Positions 37,201 through 50,643 of a DNA stretch of 64,000 nucleotides are shown piece by piece (position 1 is the stretch's first letter; the number at the start of each line of letters is the position of its first letter). Made by a program: the position numbers and the translations under genes. The notes beneath the pieces were generated by a model. The model had not been told where the DNA came from. It worked only from the letters and a program-made list of their open reading frames with translations, and did no database searches. Source of the DNA: Cirrosporium novae-zelandiae (Eukaryota); the NCBI GenBank assembly GCA_026023565.1, contig JAPETS010000007.1, positions 372,001-436,000 of the forward strand, given 5' to 3'.

Positions 37201-40200
37201 CGTTTTTCGTATTATTTTTTCGGATAATTATTAAACGAATATTTTTTTTATTAGAAATTAAAATTCGGGATTTTTTAAAAATAACGGGAAAATTCGTTTT
37301 TATATAAAAATTTTTTTATTTTTAATTTCTACCGTTATTTTTTTATTTTTTATACGGAACGCTGGTATCGGGTTTCGGTTTTAAAATTTATAATATTTTA
37401 ATATTTTTTATTCCCGTTAAATATTTTCAGGATTTAAAAATTTATTTAAATCGTTTTTTTTTATATATATTTAAAAAAAATCGGTTTATTTATTTTTTTT
37501 TTTAATTTTAATTAATTTTATAAATTTTTTAAATATTATTTTAATTTTTTTATAAATTCGGTGTTTTTATTTCGTTTTTTTAAATATTATATAATATTCG
37601 TATTTTTTAACGATATATTCGGGATTTTATCATATTTTCGATTAAACGTATATCTATTTAGATTTTACGTATTTATTTAGAATAATTTTTAATTAAATAA
37701 TAATTTTTTATATTTCGTTTTTTAATTACGTTTCCGTATAATTTACGGCTAATATATTTTTTATAATTAATCAGGATTTTTATTTTTATTTCGTTTTAAT
37801 TTATTATTAGAGATTTTTTAATAATTTTAAATTTTACGAATTCGGGATTAATTAATCTATTTTTAAACGATAATTTTTTTATTCGAATTAAATAAAAATA
37901 TAATTTAAATTAATTTTTAATTTATTATTTATATTATCGATTATCGCGTTTATTAATTATTTTTAAAACGGTTTTATAATAAAATTAATTATTATTAAAT
38001 TAATTATTAAATAATAAATCGATTTTTTTCCGAATTAAATATTTTAGACGGTATCGTTTTATATAATTAAATTTTATTTTTTTATAAACGTTATTAAAAA
38101 CGTGTCGTTTATATAAATAATTTATTCAGGTTTTTATATTAAATTATAAATATTGAAATTTTTTATTAATATTATTTTATTTTTATTAAAAACAAATTTT
38201 TATTTTATATTTTATAAAATTTTTTTTTAATTTTTATTATCGGTTTTATTTTTAAAAATATATATTTTTTAATTTTTAATCGTAAACGTTAATTATTTTA
38301 ATTAAATTTTCTATTTTTTCGTTTACGTTTATTATATTAATATCCAGCGCTATAAAATAAAAATAATTAATTAAATTAATTTTTATAATTATTTTAAATA
38401 CGTTATTTTTTCGATTTTTATATATAATAATAACCGTTTTTACGATTTTATTTTTTATTTAAATTTTTAATTCGGATTAATAAAAATTCTACGCCGAATA
38501 TAATATTTTTTTTTTTAATTTTTGGCTAAATTTTTATAATAATATTATATTCGTTCCGGTTTATATAATTAATTTTAGAATTATAATCGTTATATCGTAT
38601 TTTTTATAATAATTATATTATAATATTTTTATTTATAATTCGGATATATCGTTATTTATTTACGATATAAATATTATTAATATTTTCGATATTATTAATA
38701 TTTTAGATATTATTTACGTTTTTTTTTTTATTTTTTTTTAGGGTTCGGGGATTTTTAATTTTTAATTAAAATTTTCTAGATTTATTTTTTTTTTTAAAAA
38801 AATTAGTACGTAAAATAATTATATAATATTTTTTCGGTATTTTTTTTTTATATATTCTATTTTTATTTTTCGGGTAATTAAGTATTTTCCGTCCGTAATT
38901 ATATAAAGATCTAAACAGTTTATATATTTTAATAAAATATATATATAAATTTCCGTATACGCGGGTTTGTATCCTATTATCCGATATTGATAGTTTTACG
39001 TTTCGTGTATTTCCGTATATATAATATATTTAGAGGTTTTATTTTTATATTTTAAAAATAATTTATATTTTAATTAAATATATTTTAAATACGTTTTATT
39101 TATTTTTAATATAAATTATCGGGTATATCGAAATCTACGTCCCGTTAAATAATAATTTTCGATTTTTTATTTTTCGTATATTATAAACGGGAATTTTATT
39201 TTAATTAAAATAATATATTTTTCTAATATAAATCCGGTTCGTACCCGTTTTTAATAATATTTTTCCGGTAATATTTATACGATTATCGTGTTTCGGAATA
39301 ATTAATAAATTTTTTTTAAATTTTTTTTTATTAAATTTAATTTATTTAGATTTTTAAATATTTTTAAAAATATTTTTTATATTTTTATTTAATATAAGAT
39401 TTTTAATAAACGTATATTTATTATCGCGTTATTTATTTTCGTTACGATTTTTAGAATTTTTTATTTATATTTAAATATTAATATACCCGTATTAATTTTT
39501 TTATCGAATATAATTTTTAAATTATTTTTTTTATTAATATAGGTTTCCCGTACCCGTAATTTAGACGGTATATTTAAATCAATTAATTTAGTATTAATCG
39601 CCGTTATTATTAATATTGTAGGGCCCGAATATTCGGCTTTTTCTCTATTAAAAATCAGTATTTTCTGATTTTCAGTTTTTGTGTCCCCGTCCGCGGAACC
39701 AGTGCGTTTTTTTCTACGGGGTTTAATTATTTGTTATTCTTTATTAGGTTTGTCTGCTATTCTACTGGCTACCTTGGTATAAATGAACCCCGTAGCCGGC
39801 GTTATTTTTATAGAAACCTGTTTCGGGGCCTTCGGTGCCAATGGTAGGGCCTCCTGTCTGGCTATTTTTGCCATCTATTAGGGGCTTTTCTGGGCTTCTT
39901 TATCCGCCTGTGTTGTTGTCCGCGTGCTAGGTGCTTACGATCCGGCTATTATACTCGCTCGGGGTATTATTAGGGGGGGTACTACCCTTTTTTTTTTTAT
40001 TGCCTATTCGGGCCTAATTACCGGGGTTATATGACCCTTATTTGCAGAATTTTCCGCCCCGCTATATATAGTTTCTGCGGTTTTCATCCGGGCCTGTAGT
40101 ACCTGGATTATTGTTATAATTATTTCTCTAATTATTAGAAATTTTTGTTTAATCGCGTATAATTTTTTCTGGTTTTTTTTCTGGATCTTTATAATTTTAT

Positions 40201-40710
40201 TATTTCATTTTTCCAGAGCGATTATTCGGGTTTTCAGGCCGAAAAATATCTCCCGTAATTGTGACGTAAAATCGTCGGTTTTTAGAGCCTGGTATATTTT
40301 CTCCCCGACTACGGGAAATATACGTATTATTATATATTTAACTATTTATTCGATTAAAATATTCTGGCTATTAATCTATTTTTTTTTAAAATTTTTTTTT
40401 TTTCGTAAAATTTTTCGACGACGTTTCCCCGTCTAATCGTTTTTTTTTTAGAATAAGGATCGTAATACCGAATCGCTAGATTTTATTATAAAGTTTTACT
40501 TTAATTCGTTCGATTCGTTTTTTAAACGCTGTCGCTTTTTCGTATCCGCCTGGTTCTCGCTAACGGCACGTATTCTCCCAGCCCCCGATATTTCCCCATT
40601 GCTGCTAGGCTTTATAGGCCTTAAATAAATATTAACTATTTCGTATAACAGTCGTCACAATAGTGAATTGATTTGGTGGCGCGGGGTCACCAAAAAGCGT
40701 TTTTTTTTTT
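34239..40710 (-). mobile_element. Full-length (~6.47 kb) Tad1-like LINE, variant B, RIP-inactivated
   Basis: (TGA)n tail at 34239, FVDD RT motif near 36495-36510, and 5' terminus GGTGGCGCGGGGTCACCAAAAAGCG at 40675-40699. Colinear reverse complement of 51153-57603. Confidence 0.9.
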
Positions 40711-43700
40711 ATCTCGGGTATATTCGATACGATTTATCGGGCGATTTTTTTGTTCCCCAATTACGTAATGAGTTATACGTTTTTATTATCCGTTTTTCAA
40801 TTATATTACGGGTTATATAAATTAGCGAAATTTATTCGATTATTTTATTATTTTTTAACGCCGCGTTTATTTTAATTATTTAAATTATTATTTCGTTTTT
40901 TAGTATTTTATAATATTTTAGGATTTATTTAATAACGATTTTCGTTTTTTAATCGATTAAATATTTAATGTATTCGTATATTTCTTATATAATCGTTTGG
41001 TTTTTTTTTAATTTTTTTTTGTCGATCCGTTTAATAGCCGTTTACGAATCAAATAATATTATTATTTTTTTTCCGGGGATTTTATAATTATTTAGGTACG
41101 CTCTAGCCGCTATTTATAAAACTATTTACGCCCCCCAAAATTCTATATCGAATATTTTTTTATTTTGATTTAAATAATATTTCCGTATCGTTTATAAGAT
41201 TTTTTCGGTTATTTTCCAGATTATTTTTATTTCTATTTTACGGTTTTTTAATTTAGATCCGTCCGATTAATATATATTTTTCTAGTTCTACGTTAATATT
41301 TCGCTAAAAATTTATTATTCTAGAAATATTATTATTTTTTTTAAAAATCTATTTTTTTCGGTTATTTGGGTTTTTTCGATTTTAAAATTCGGATTTATTA
41401 TTTTTTAAATTATCGTTATAATCAAATATTAATTTAATATATTTTTTTTAATTTTCTAGATTTATTAAAGATTTTCTAGCTGTTATTTCTTTAATTAAGC
41501 GTCTACGGCCCCCATATGGCCACGGACGGAAGGTGCCCAGCTGCCCGAAGAGCAGGGGCAGAATATGCGAGGAAGAAACGCCGAGAGGGCGTTATACAGT
41601 CGTTCTACGTGCTGGTCCCCCTAAAGGAAAAAACAAGCCTAAAAAACCCTAGCCAGGGACCAAAAACCCCCGAACCCCAGAAAGAAACGGGGGAAAAAAC
41701 GCAAATAATACCCGAAATACCGATAATACCGAAAATACTGGTAGCACCCGTACCGTAAATAGATAACGATATATCCGAATTATAAATAAAAATATTATGA
41801 TATAATTATTATAAAAAATACGATATAACGATCGTAATTTTAGAATCGATTATATAAACTGGAACGGATATAATATTATTACAGGAATCTGATTAAAAAT
41901 TAAAAAAAAAAATATTATATTTAACGTAAAATTTTTATTAATCCGAATTAAAATTTTAAATAAAATATAAAATCGTAAAAACGGTTACTATTATATATAA
42001 AAATCGAAAAAATATCATTTTTAAAATAATCGTAAAAACCGATTTAATTAATTATTTTTATTTTATAACGCTGGATATTAATATAATAAACGTAAACGGA
42101 AAAATAAAAAACCCGATTAAAATAATTAATATTTATAATCAAAAATTAAAAAACGTATATTTTTAAAAATAAAATTAATAATAAAAATGTAAAAAATTTT
42201 TATAAAATATAGAATAAAAATTTATTTTTAATAATAATAAAATAATATTAATAAAAAATTTTAATATTTATAATTTAATATAAAAATCTAAATAAATTAT
42301 TTACGTAGATGACGCGTTTTTAATAATATTTATAAAAAAATAAAATTTAATAATATAAAACGATATCGTTTAAAATATTTAATTCGAAAAAAAATCAATT
42401 TATTATTTAATAATTAATTTAATAATAATTAATCCCGCGATAAAATTATTTTAAAAATAATTAATAAACGTAATAACCGATAACGTAAATAATAAATTAA
42501 AAATTGGTTTAAATTACGTTTTTATTTAATTCGAATAAAAAAGTTACCGCCCAAAAATAGGCCAATTAATCCCGAATTCGTAGAATTTAAAATCGTTAGA
42601 AAACCCCCAATAATAAACTAAAATAAAATAAAAATAAGAATTCTAATTAACTACGAAAAATATATTAATCGTAGATTATACGGAAACGCAATTAAAAAAT
42701 AAAATATAAAAAATTATTATTTAATTAAAAATTATTCTAAATAAATACGTAAAATCTAAACGGATATACGTTTAATCGAAAATTTGGTAGAACCCCGAAT
42801 ATACCGTTAAAAAACACGAATATTATATAATATTTAAAAAAACGAAACAAAAACGCCGGATCTATAGAGAAATTAAAACGGTATTTAAAAAATTTATAAA
42901 ATTAATTAAAATTAAAAAAAAAAAATAAATAAATCGATTTTTTTTAAATATATATAAAAAAAAACGATTTAAATAAATTTTTAAACCCTGAAAATATTTA
43001 ACGGGGATAAAAAATATTAAAATACTGCAAATCTTAAAACCGAAACCCGACACCGGCGTTCCGTATAGAAAATAGGAGGATAACAGTAGAAACCAAAAAC
43101 AAAAAAACTTTTATACAGGAACGGGCGTTCCCGCCACCCCTAAAAAGCCCTGAACCTCGGCCTCCGATCGGGGGGATATTCGCCCAACAACTGTCCGAAA
43201 AAACGGTGCGGAAAACGTTATACGTATAGAATACGAATAAAGTCCTAGGGCACGACGGTGCCCAATTTGAGGCGCTACGTATACTATAGTAGTAGGACCC
43301 CAGTAGGATAATAGGGGTGGTCCGATATTGTTTCCGATTAAAATATCACCCGACGCAGTAGAAATATACCCGGGGGATATTATTATTTAAGCCCGGAAAA
43401 ACCGATAAAATATTAATTAAAAATTATAGAATAATAAACCTATTATAGTATTTAAATAAAATAATCGAAAAAATCGTAATTAACGCGTTAGCGGATATAT
43501 ACGAAAATCTAAATAAATTATATAAAATTTAATTTAGATCGAAACGTAACCGGAACGTAATCGATACGTTTACGTATTTAATATATCGAATAAAAAAAAT
43601 ATTTAATCGAAAATAAATAATTTATATTTTATTTATAAACGTAAAAAAAACGTTTAATTATATATTACGATTTAAATTAATATAATATTTAAAATAATTA

Positions 43701-46700
43701 AAAATCGATAAAAATATTATTAAATAAATAATTAATTTTATAATTTAATAAAATATCGAATTAATAATCGACGGAGAAATATAATCCCGAATTAATATAG
43801 AAACGGGGGTACTATAAAACTCATTTATATCCCTAATATTATTCCTAATATATTGTAACGGATTATTCGCAGCCGTAGAATAGACGGTTTTTAGAATCAA
43901 AATTTTATTATTCGTGGACGATATAAATTTCTCGACTATTTATATAAATAATAAATAAACCCGGAAAATTATCTAATAAATAGCGAAAACGGCGGTTCAA
44001 TAAAAAAAAAAATAAATTAGAATTCGACGTTTAAAAAATTAAAATTATAACGTTTTTTAGATTACGTAAATATTAAATTTAAATAAATACGAAACCGAAA
44101 ATTAAAATCGATAATTACCCGATTAAATATAAAAAAAATTACGTACGATAATTAAATATATAATTAAACCCGAAATTTAATTTTTAAATTTATTATATCC
44201 AGCGTTTAATTAAAATTAGACGCGCGGAAAACGTAATTAAATATATATATTACCGAAACGGATTATTTATAAAATTTACGCGTTAAATAATCGTAACGAC
44301 GATAATATTAATTTATATATACGGATACAAAATCTAATAAAAAAAACAGATCGGATATTAAATAAAATTTCAAAAATTATTAAATAAATTTATAAAATTA
44401 ATAACGGAAATTTATAAAATAATTTTAATAATAACGATTATATAGAAAATCTATATATATCCCGTAAATATAATATTAAATACCGCGTAAAAAAAATATA
44501 AATTTCGGTATTTTTAAAAAACCGAAAAAAATTTAATAAATTTAATATTATCGATAATATTCAAAATAAAAATATAAATATTTAATTAAAAAAATAATTA
44601 TTAAAAAATTTCTAATAAATTTAAAAAATTAAAAAAAATATATTAAATTAATATTTAATTATAATAATAATTTAAAAAATAATAAATTTAAATTTTAGAA
44701 TTAAAAAAATCTAAATAACCGAAAAAAATAGATTTTTAAAAAAAACAATAATATTTCTAAAATAATAGATTTTTAGCGAAATATTAATATAGAACTAAAA
44801 AACCGTATATTAATCGGACGAATCTAAATTAAAAAACCGTAAAATAAAAATAAAAATAATTTAGAAAATAATCGAAAAAATTTTATAAATAATACAGAAA
44901 TATTATTTAAATTAAAATAAAAAAATATTCGATATAAAATTTTAAAAAACGTAAATAATTTTATAAATAACGGCTAAAACGTATCCAAATAATTATAAAA
45001 TCCCTAAAAAAAAAATAATAATATTATTTAATTCGTAAACGGCTATCAAACGGATCGAAAAAAAAAAATTAAAAAAAAATTAAATAATCGTATAAAAAAT
45101 ATACGAATATATTAAATATTTAATCGATCAAAAAACGAAAATTATTATTAAATAAATCCTAAAATATTATAAAATATTAAAAAACGAAATAATAAATTAA
45201 ATAATTAAAATAAACGTAGCGCTAAAAAATAATAAAATAATCGAATAAATTTCGTTAAAAAATATATAATTAATTATATAATTAAAAAATAAAAAAATCG
45301 TCCGATAAATCGTATCGAATATATCTGAAATATAAAAAAAATTGGATATTAAAATATACGTTTAAAAAATTAATAAATAGGTTTTATTAAATAAGAACGG
45401 GGTATACCGCCACCGGAAAATATATATACCGTACGAAAATTATTATTATTCCAAAATATTAATAATATAAAATCCCGTATTAAAATATTTTTTATTTAAT
45501 ATTAATATACCCGCGCTGGAAAATAGTTAGAGCCCGATTATAAAAAATAATAAAAAAATAAAAAAACTAATAATTTAATATAATCGAAAAAAAAAAACTA
45601 ATATTCGTATTAAAAAATTAAAAATTCTCTAAAAATTGGATACGTTTTTTAAACGATACGGAGATAAGGAAACCTTAGTCCTAAATCAGACACGAAACGG
45701 AAAATCGTGAGGCGTACCTGGATTGGGGGTGGGTAAAACCCGGACACGGGAAGGAGAAGGATCTAGACGTAAGTATTATGTAAAAACTAGGCCCGTAATA
45801 AATACGCGGGATAAACGTATATATAAATAAGGACTGAAAAAATCGAAAATAGATACGAATAGGCCTATTTATAGATTACGAACACCGAAATACCGCTAAA
45901 AAACTATCCGGTTAAATAAATTAAATGATTCTAAGAAATCTAAAGAAGGGGGGAAACTATATAGCCGAACTAAGGGGGTGACCCCCACCACCTTAGCTAA
46001 AAGTAAGCCCGAAAGAGGATACGAAAAGGCCTAAAAACCCCCGAGTAGAGTCCGTTATAACTTCTAAGCGATATATAGACATAAAATAATGAATAATCAT
46101 CATCATTATTAAGCGTCTACGTTTTTTATTTTGAGCGTTATCGGCAATATTAGGTTCGTTAGATTTTTTTCGATTTTTTAGAAATACCGAAATCTATATT
46201 TTTTCTGCGCGGTATTTAGTATTACGTCTGCGGGGTATATACAGGCCTCCTATATAACCGCTGCTATTGGGGTTATTTTATAGGCCCCCGTTATTAATCT
46301 TGTAAGCCTATTCAGCAGCTTTTGAAATTCTGTTTGGTACCCGATCTGCCCCCTCCACCAGATCTCGCACCCGTATATATAGATTGACACTATCGTCGCT
46401 ACGGCTATCTAGCGCGCAAGCCCCGTAGGTAGCCTGTTTCGGTGGTATATATGCTTAATTGCGTTTTCCGCGCGCCTGGCCTTGGTTAGGCGCTGGGCGT
46501 GGTGGGCTTGGAAATTAAGTTTCGGGTCTAGCTATATATTTAACCACCGCACGTAATCCCTTTTGTATTCGATCGGGTGACTATCGACCCTAATTTTCGG
46601 TTTCGTTGGGCTATAAAGCTGGCTACCTATTTAATAATATTTTTATCGATTTCTAATTGTTTTAGGCGTTGTATTAATCTAAACCGTAATATATAATTAA

Positions 46701-49700
46701 ACGCTTTTTTTACGTCTATAAATAAAATATAAATTATTTATTTTTAGTTAAATCTTTTTTTTATTCGATATATTAAATACGTAAACGTATCGACTGCGTT
46801 CCAGTTATATTTCGATCTAAATTAATTTTTATATAATTTATTTAGATTTTTATATATATTCGTTAATACGTTAATTATAATTTTTTCGATTATTTTATTT
46901 AAATAATATAATAAATTTATTATTTTATAATTTTTAATTAATATTTTATGGGTTTTTCCGGATTTAAATAATAATATTTTTTAAATATATTTTTATTACG
47001 TCGGATAATATTTTAATTAAAAATAATATCGGATTATTTTTATTATTTTATAAAAATTTTATTATTATAATATACGGAATATTCTAAATTAAATTTCGTT
47101 ATATTTTAGAATTTTATTTGTATTTTATATATATAACGTTTTCCGTATTATTTTTTTAAATAATTATTAAACGAATATTTTTTTTATCGGAAATTAAAAT
47201 TCGGAATTTTTTAAAAATAATAAAAAAATTTATTTTTATATAAAAATTTTTTTATTTTTAATTTTTATCGTTATTTTTCCGTTTTTTATATAAAACGCTA
47301 ATATCGGGTTTCGGTTTTAAAATTTATAATATTTTAATATTTTTTATTTCCGTTAAATATTTTCGGGATTTAAAAATTTATTTAAATCGTTTTTTTTTAT
47401 ATATATTTAAAAAAAATCGATTTATTTTTTTTTTTTTTTAATTTTAATTAATTTTATAAATTTTTTAAATATTATTTTAATTTTTTTATAAATTCGGCGT
47501 TTTTATTTCGTTTTTTTAAATATTATATAATATTCGTGTTTTTTAATAATATATTCGGGATTTTATTATATTTTCGATTAAATATATATTTATTTAGATT
47601 TTATATATTTATTTAGAATAATTTTTAATCAAATAATAATTTTTTATATTTTATTTTTTAATTATATTTTTATATAATTTATAATTAATATATTTTTTAT
47701 AATTAATTAAAATTTTTATTTTTATTTTATTTTAATTTATTATTAAAAATTTTTTAACGGTTTTAAATTCTATAAATTCGGGATTAATTAATTTATTTTT
47801 AAACAATAATTTTTTTATTCGAATTAAATAAAAAAATAATTTAAATTAATTTTTAATTTATTATTTATATTATCGATTATTATATTTATTAATTATTTTT
47901 AAAATAATTTTATAACGGAATTAATTATTATTAAATTAATTATTAAATAATAAATCGATTTTTTTTCGAATTAAATATTTTAAATAATATCGTTTTATAT
48001 AATTAAATTTTATTTTTTTATAAATATTATTAAAAACGCGTCGTTTATATAAATAATCCGTTCGGGTTTTTATATTAAATTATAAATATTAAAATTTTTT
48101 ATTAATATTATTTTATTTTTATTAAAAATAAATTTTTATTTTATATTTTATAAAATTTTATTAGATTTTTATTATCGATTTTATTTTTAAAAATATATAT
48201 TTTTTAATTTTTGATCGTAAACGTTAATTATTTTAATTAAATTTTTTATTTTTTTATTTACGTTTATTATATTAATATTTAACGTTATAAAATAAAAATA
48301 ATTAATTAAATTAATTTTTACGATTATTTTAAATATATTATTTTTTCGATTTTTATATATAATAATAACCGTTTTTATAATTTTAATTTTTATTTAAATT
48401 TTTAATTCGGATTAATAAAAATTTTATATTAAATATAATATTTTTTTTTTTAATTTTTAATTAAATTTTTATAATAATATTATATTCGTTTTAATTTATA
48501 TAATCGATTTTAAAATTATAATCGTTATATCGTATTTTTTATAATAATTATATTATAATATTTTTATTTATAATTCGAATATATTATTATTTATTTATAA
48601 TATAAATATTATTAATATTTTCGGTATTATTAATATTTCGGATATTATTTACGTTTTTTCCCCCGTTTTTTTTTAGGATTCGGAAATTTTTAATTTTTAA
48701 TTAAAATTTTTTAGATTTATTTTTTTTTTTAAAAAAATTAATATATAAAACGATTATATAATATTTTTTCGGCGTTTTTTTTTTATATATTCTATTTTTA
48801 TTTTTCGGATAATTAAATATTTTCCGTTTATAACTATATAAAGATTTAAATAATTTATATATTTTAATAAAATATATATATAAATCTTTATATACGCGAG
48901 TTTATATTCTATTATTCGATATTAATAATTTTATATTTTATATATTTCCGCGTATATAATATATTTAAAAGCTCTATTTTTATATTTTAAAAATAATTTA
49001 TATTTTAATTGAATATATTTTAAATATATTTTATTTATTTTTAACGTAAATTATCGGGTATATTAAAATTTATATTCCGTTAAATAATAATTTTCGATTT
49101 TTTATTTTTTATATATTATAAACGGGAATTTTATTTTAATCGAAATAATATATTTTTTTAATATAAATTTAATTCGTATCTATTTTTAATAATATTTTTC
49201 CGGTATTATTTATACGATTATTATATTTCGAAATAATTAATAAATTTTTTTTAAATTTTTTTTTATTAAATTTAATTTATTTAGATTTTTAAATATTTTT
49301 ATTTAATATAGAATTTCTAATAAATATATATTTATTATTATATTATTTATTTTCGTTACGATTATTAGAATTTTTTTTTTATTTATATTTAAATATTAAT
49401 ATATTTATATTAATTTTTTTATCAAATATAATTTTTAAATTATTTTTTTTATTAATATAGATTTCCCGTATCCGTAATTCAAATAGTGCGTTTAAATTAA
49501 TTAATTTAGCGTTAATCGCCGTTATTACTAATACCGTAAAACCTAAATATTTAGTTTTTTTTTTATTAAAAATCAATATTTTCTGATTTTTAATTTTTAT
49601 ATTTTTATTTACGGAATTAATACGTTTTTTTTACGGGATTTAATTATTTATTATTTTTTATTAGATTTATTTATTTTTCTATTAATTATTTTGATATAAA

Positions 49701-50625
49701 TAAATCCTATAAATTCCAGCGTTATTTTTATAAAAATCTATTTCGGGGTTTTCGGTATTAATAATAGAATTTTTTATTTAATTATTTTTATTATTTATTA
49801 AAGATTTTTCTGGATTTTTTTATTTATTTATATTATTATCCGTATATTAAATATCTACAATTTAATTATTATATTCGTTCGGGATATTATTAAAAAAAAT
49901 ATTATTTTTTTTTTTTTTATTATTTATTCGGGTTTAATTATTAGAATTATATAATTTTTATTTATAAAATTTTTTATTTTATTATATATAATTTCTACGA
50001 TTTTTATTTAAATTTATAATATTTAGATTATTATTATAATTATTTTTTTAATTATTAAAAATTTTTATTTAATTATATATAATTTATTTTAGTTTTTTTT
50101 TTAAATTTTTATAATTTTATTATTTCGTTTTTTTAAAATAATTATTCGGGTTTTTAAACCGAAAAATATTTTTTATAATTATATTATAAAATCGTCGGTT
50201 TTTAAAATTTAATATATTTTTTTTTTAATTATAAGAAATATACGTATTATTATATATTTAATCGTTTATTCGATTAAAATATCCCGATTATTAATTTATT
50301 TTTTTTTAAAATTTTTTTTTTTTTATAAAATTTTTCGACGATATTTTTTTATTTAATCGTTTTTTTTTTAAAATAAAAATTATAATACCGAATTATTAAA
50401 TTTTATTATAAAATTTTATTTCGATTCGTTTAATTTATTTTTTAAATATTATCGTTTTTTTATATCCGTTTAATTTTTATTAACGATACGTATTTTTTTA
50501 ATTTCCGATATTTTTTTACTATTATTAGATTTTATAAATTTTAAATAAATGTTAATTGTTTCGTATAACGGTCGTTATAATAGTGAATTAATTTGGTGGC
50601 GCGGGGTCACTAAAAAACGTTTTCC
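40711..50625 (-). mobile_element. Near-full-length LINE lacking its 3' ~0.8 kb, split by the 41508-46107 insertion
   Basis: Colinear with 35019-40700 before and after the insert. Internal deletion near 46606; 5' terminal motif at 50595-50625. Confidence 0.85.
41508..46107 (+). mobile_element. 5'-truncated LINE (4.6 kb) inserted antisense, 14-bp TSD
   Basis: ATTAAGCGTCTACG at 41494-41507 and 46108-46121. Starts in the ORF1 CCHC knuckle (GPHMATDGRCP). De-RIPed RT motifs K(AP)GHDG 43239, KPGK.D...YR.I.LL ~43390-43445, GV(PQG)S 43806 and FVDD 43911. Ends AATGAATAATCATCATCAT. Confidence 0.92.
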
Positions 50626-50643
50626 TAGTTCGACGTTTCGTTC

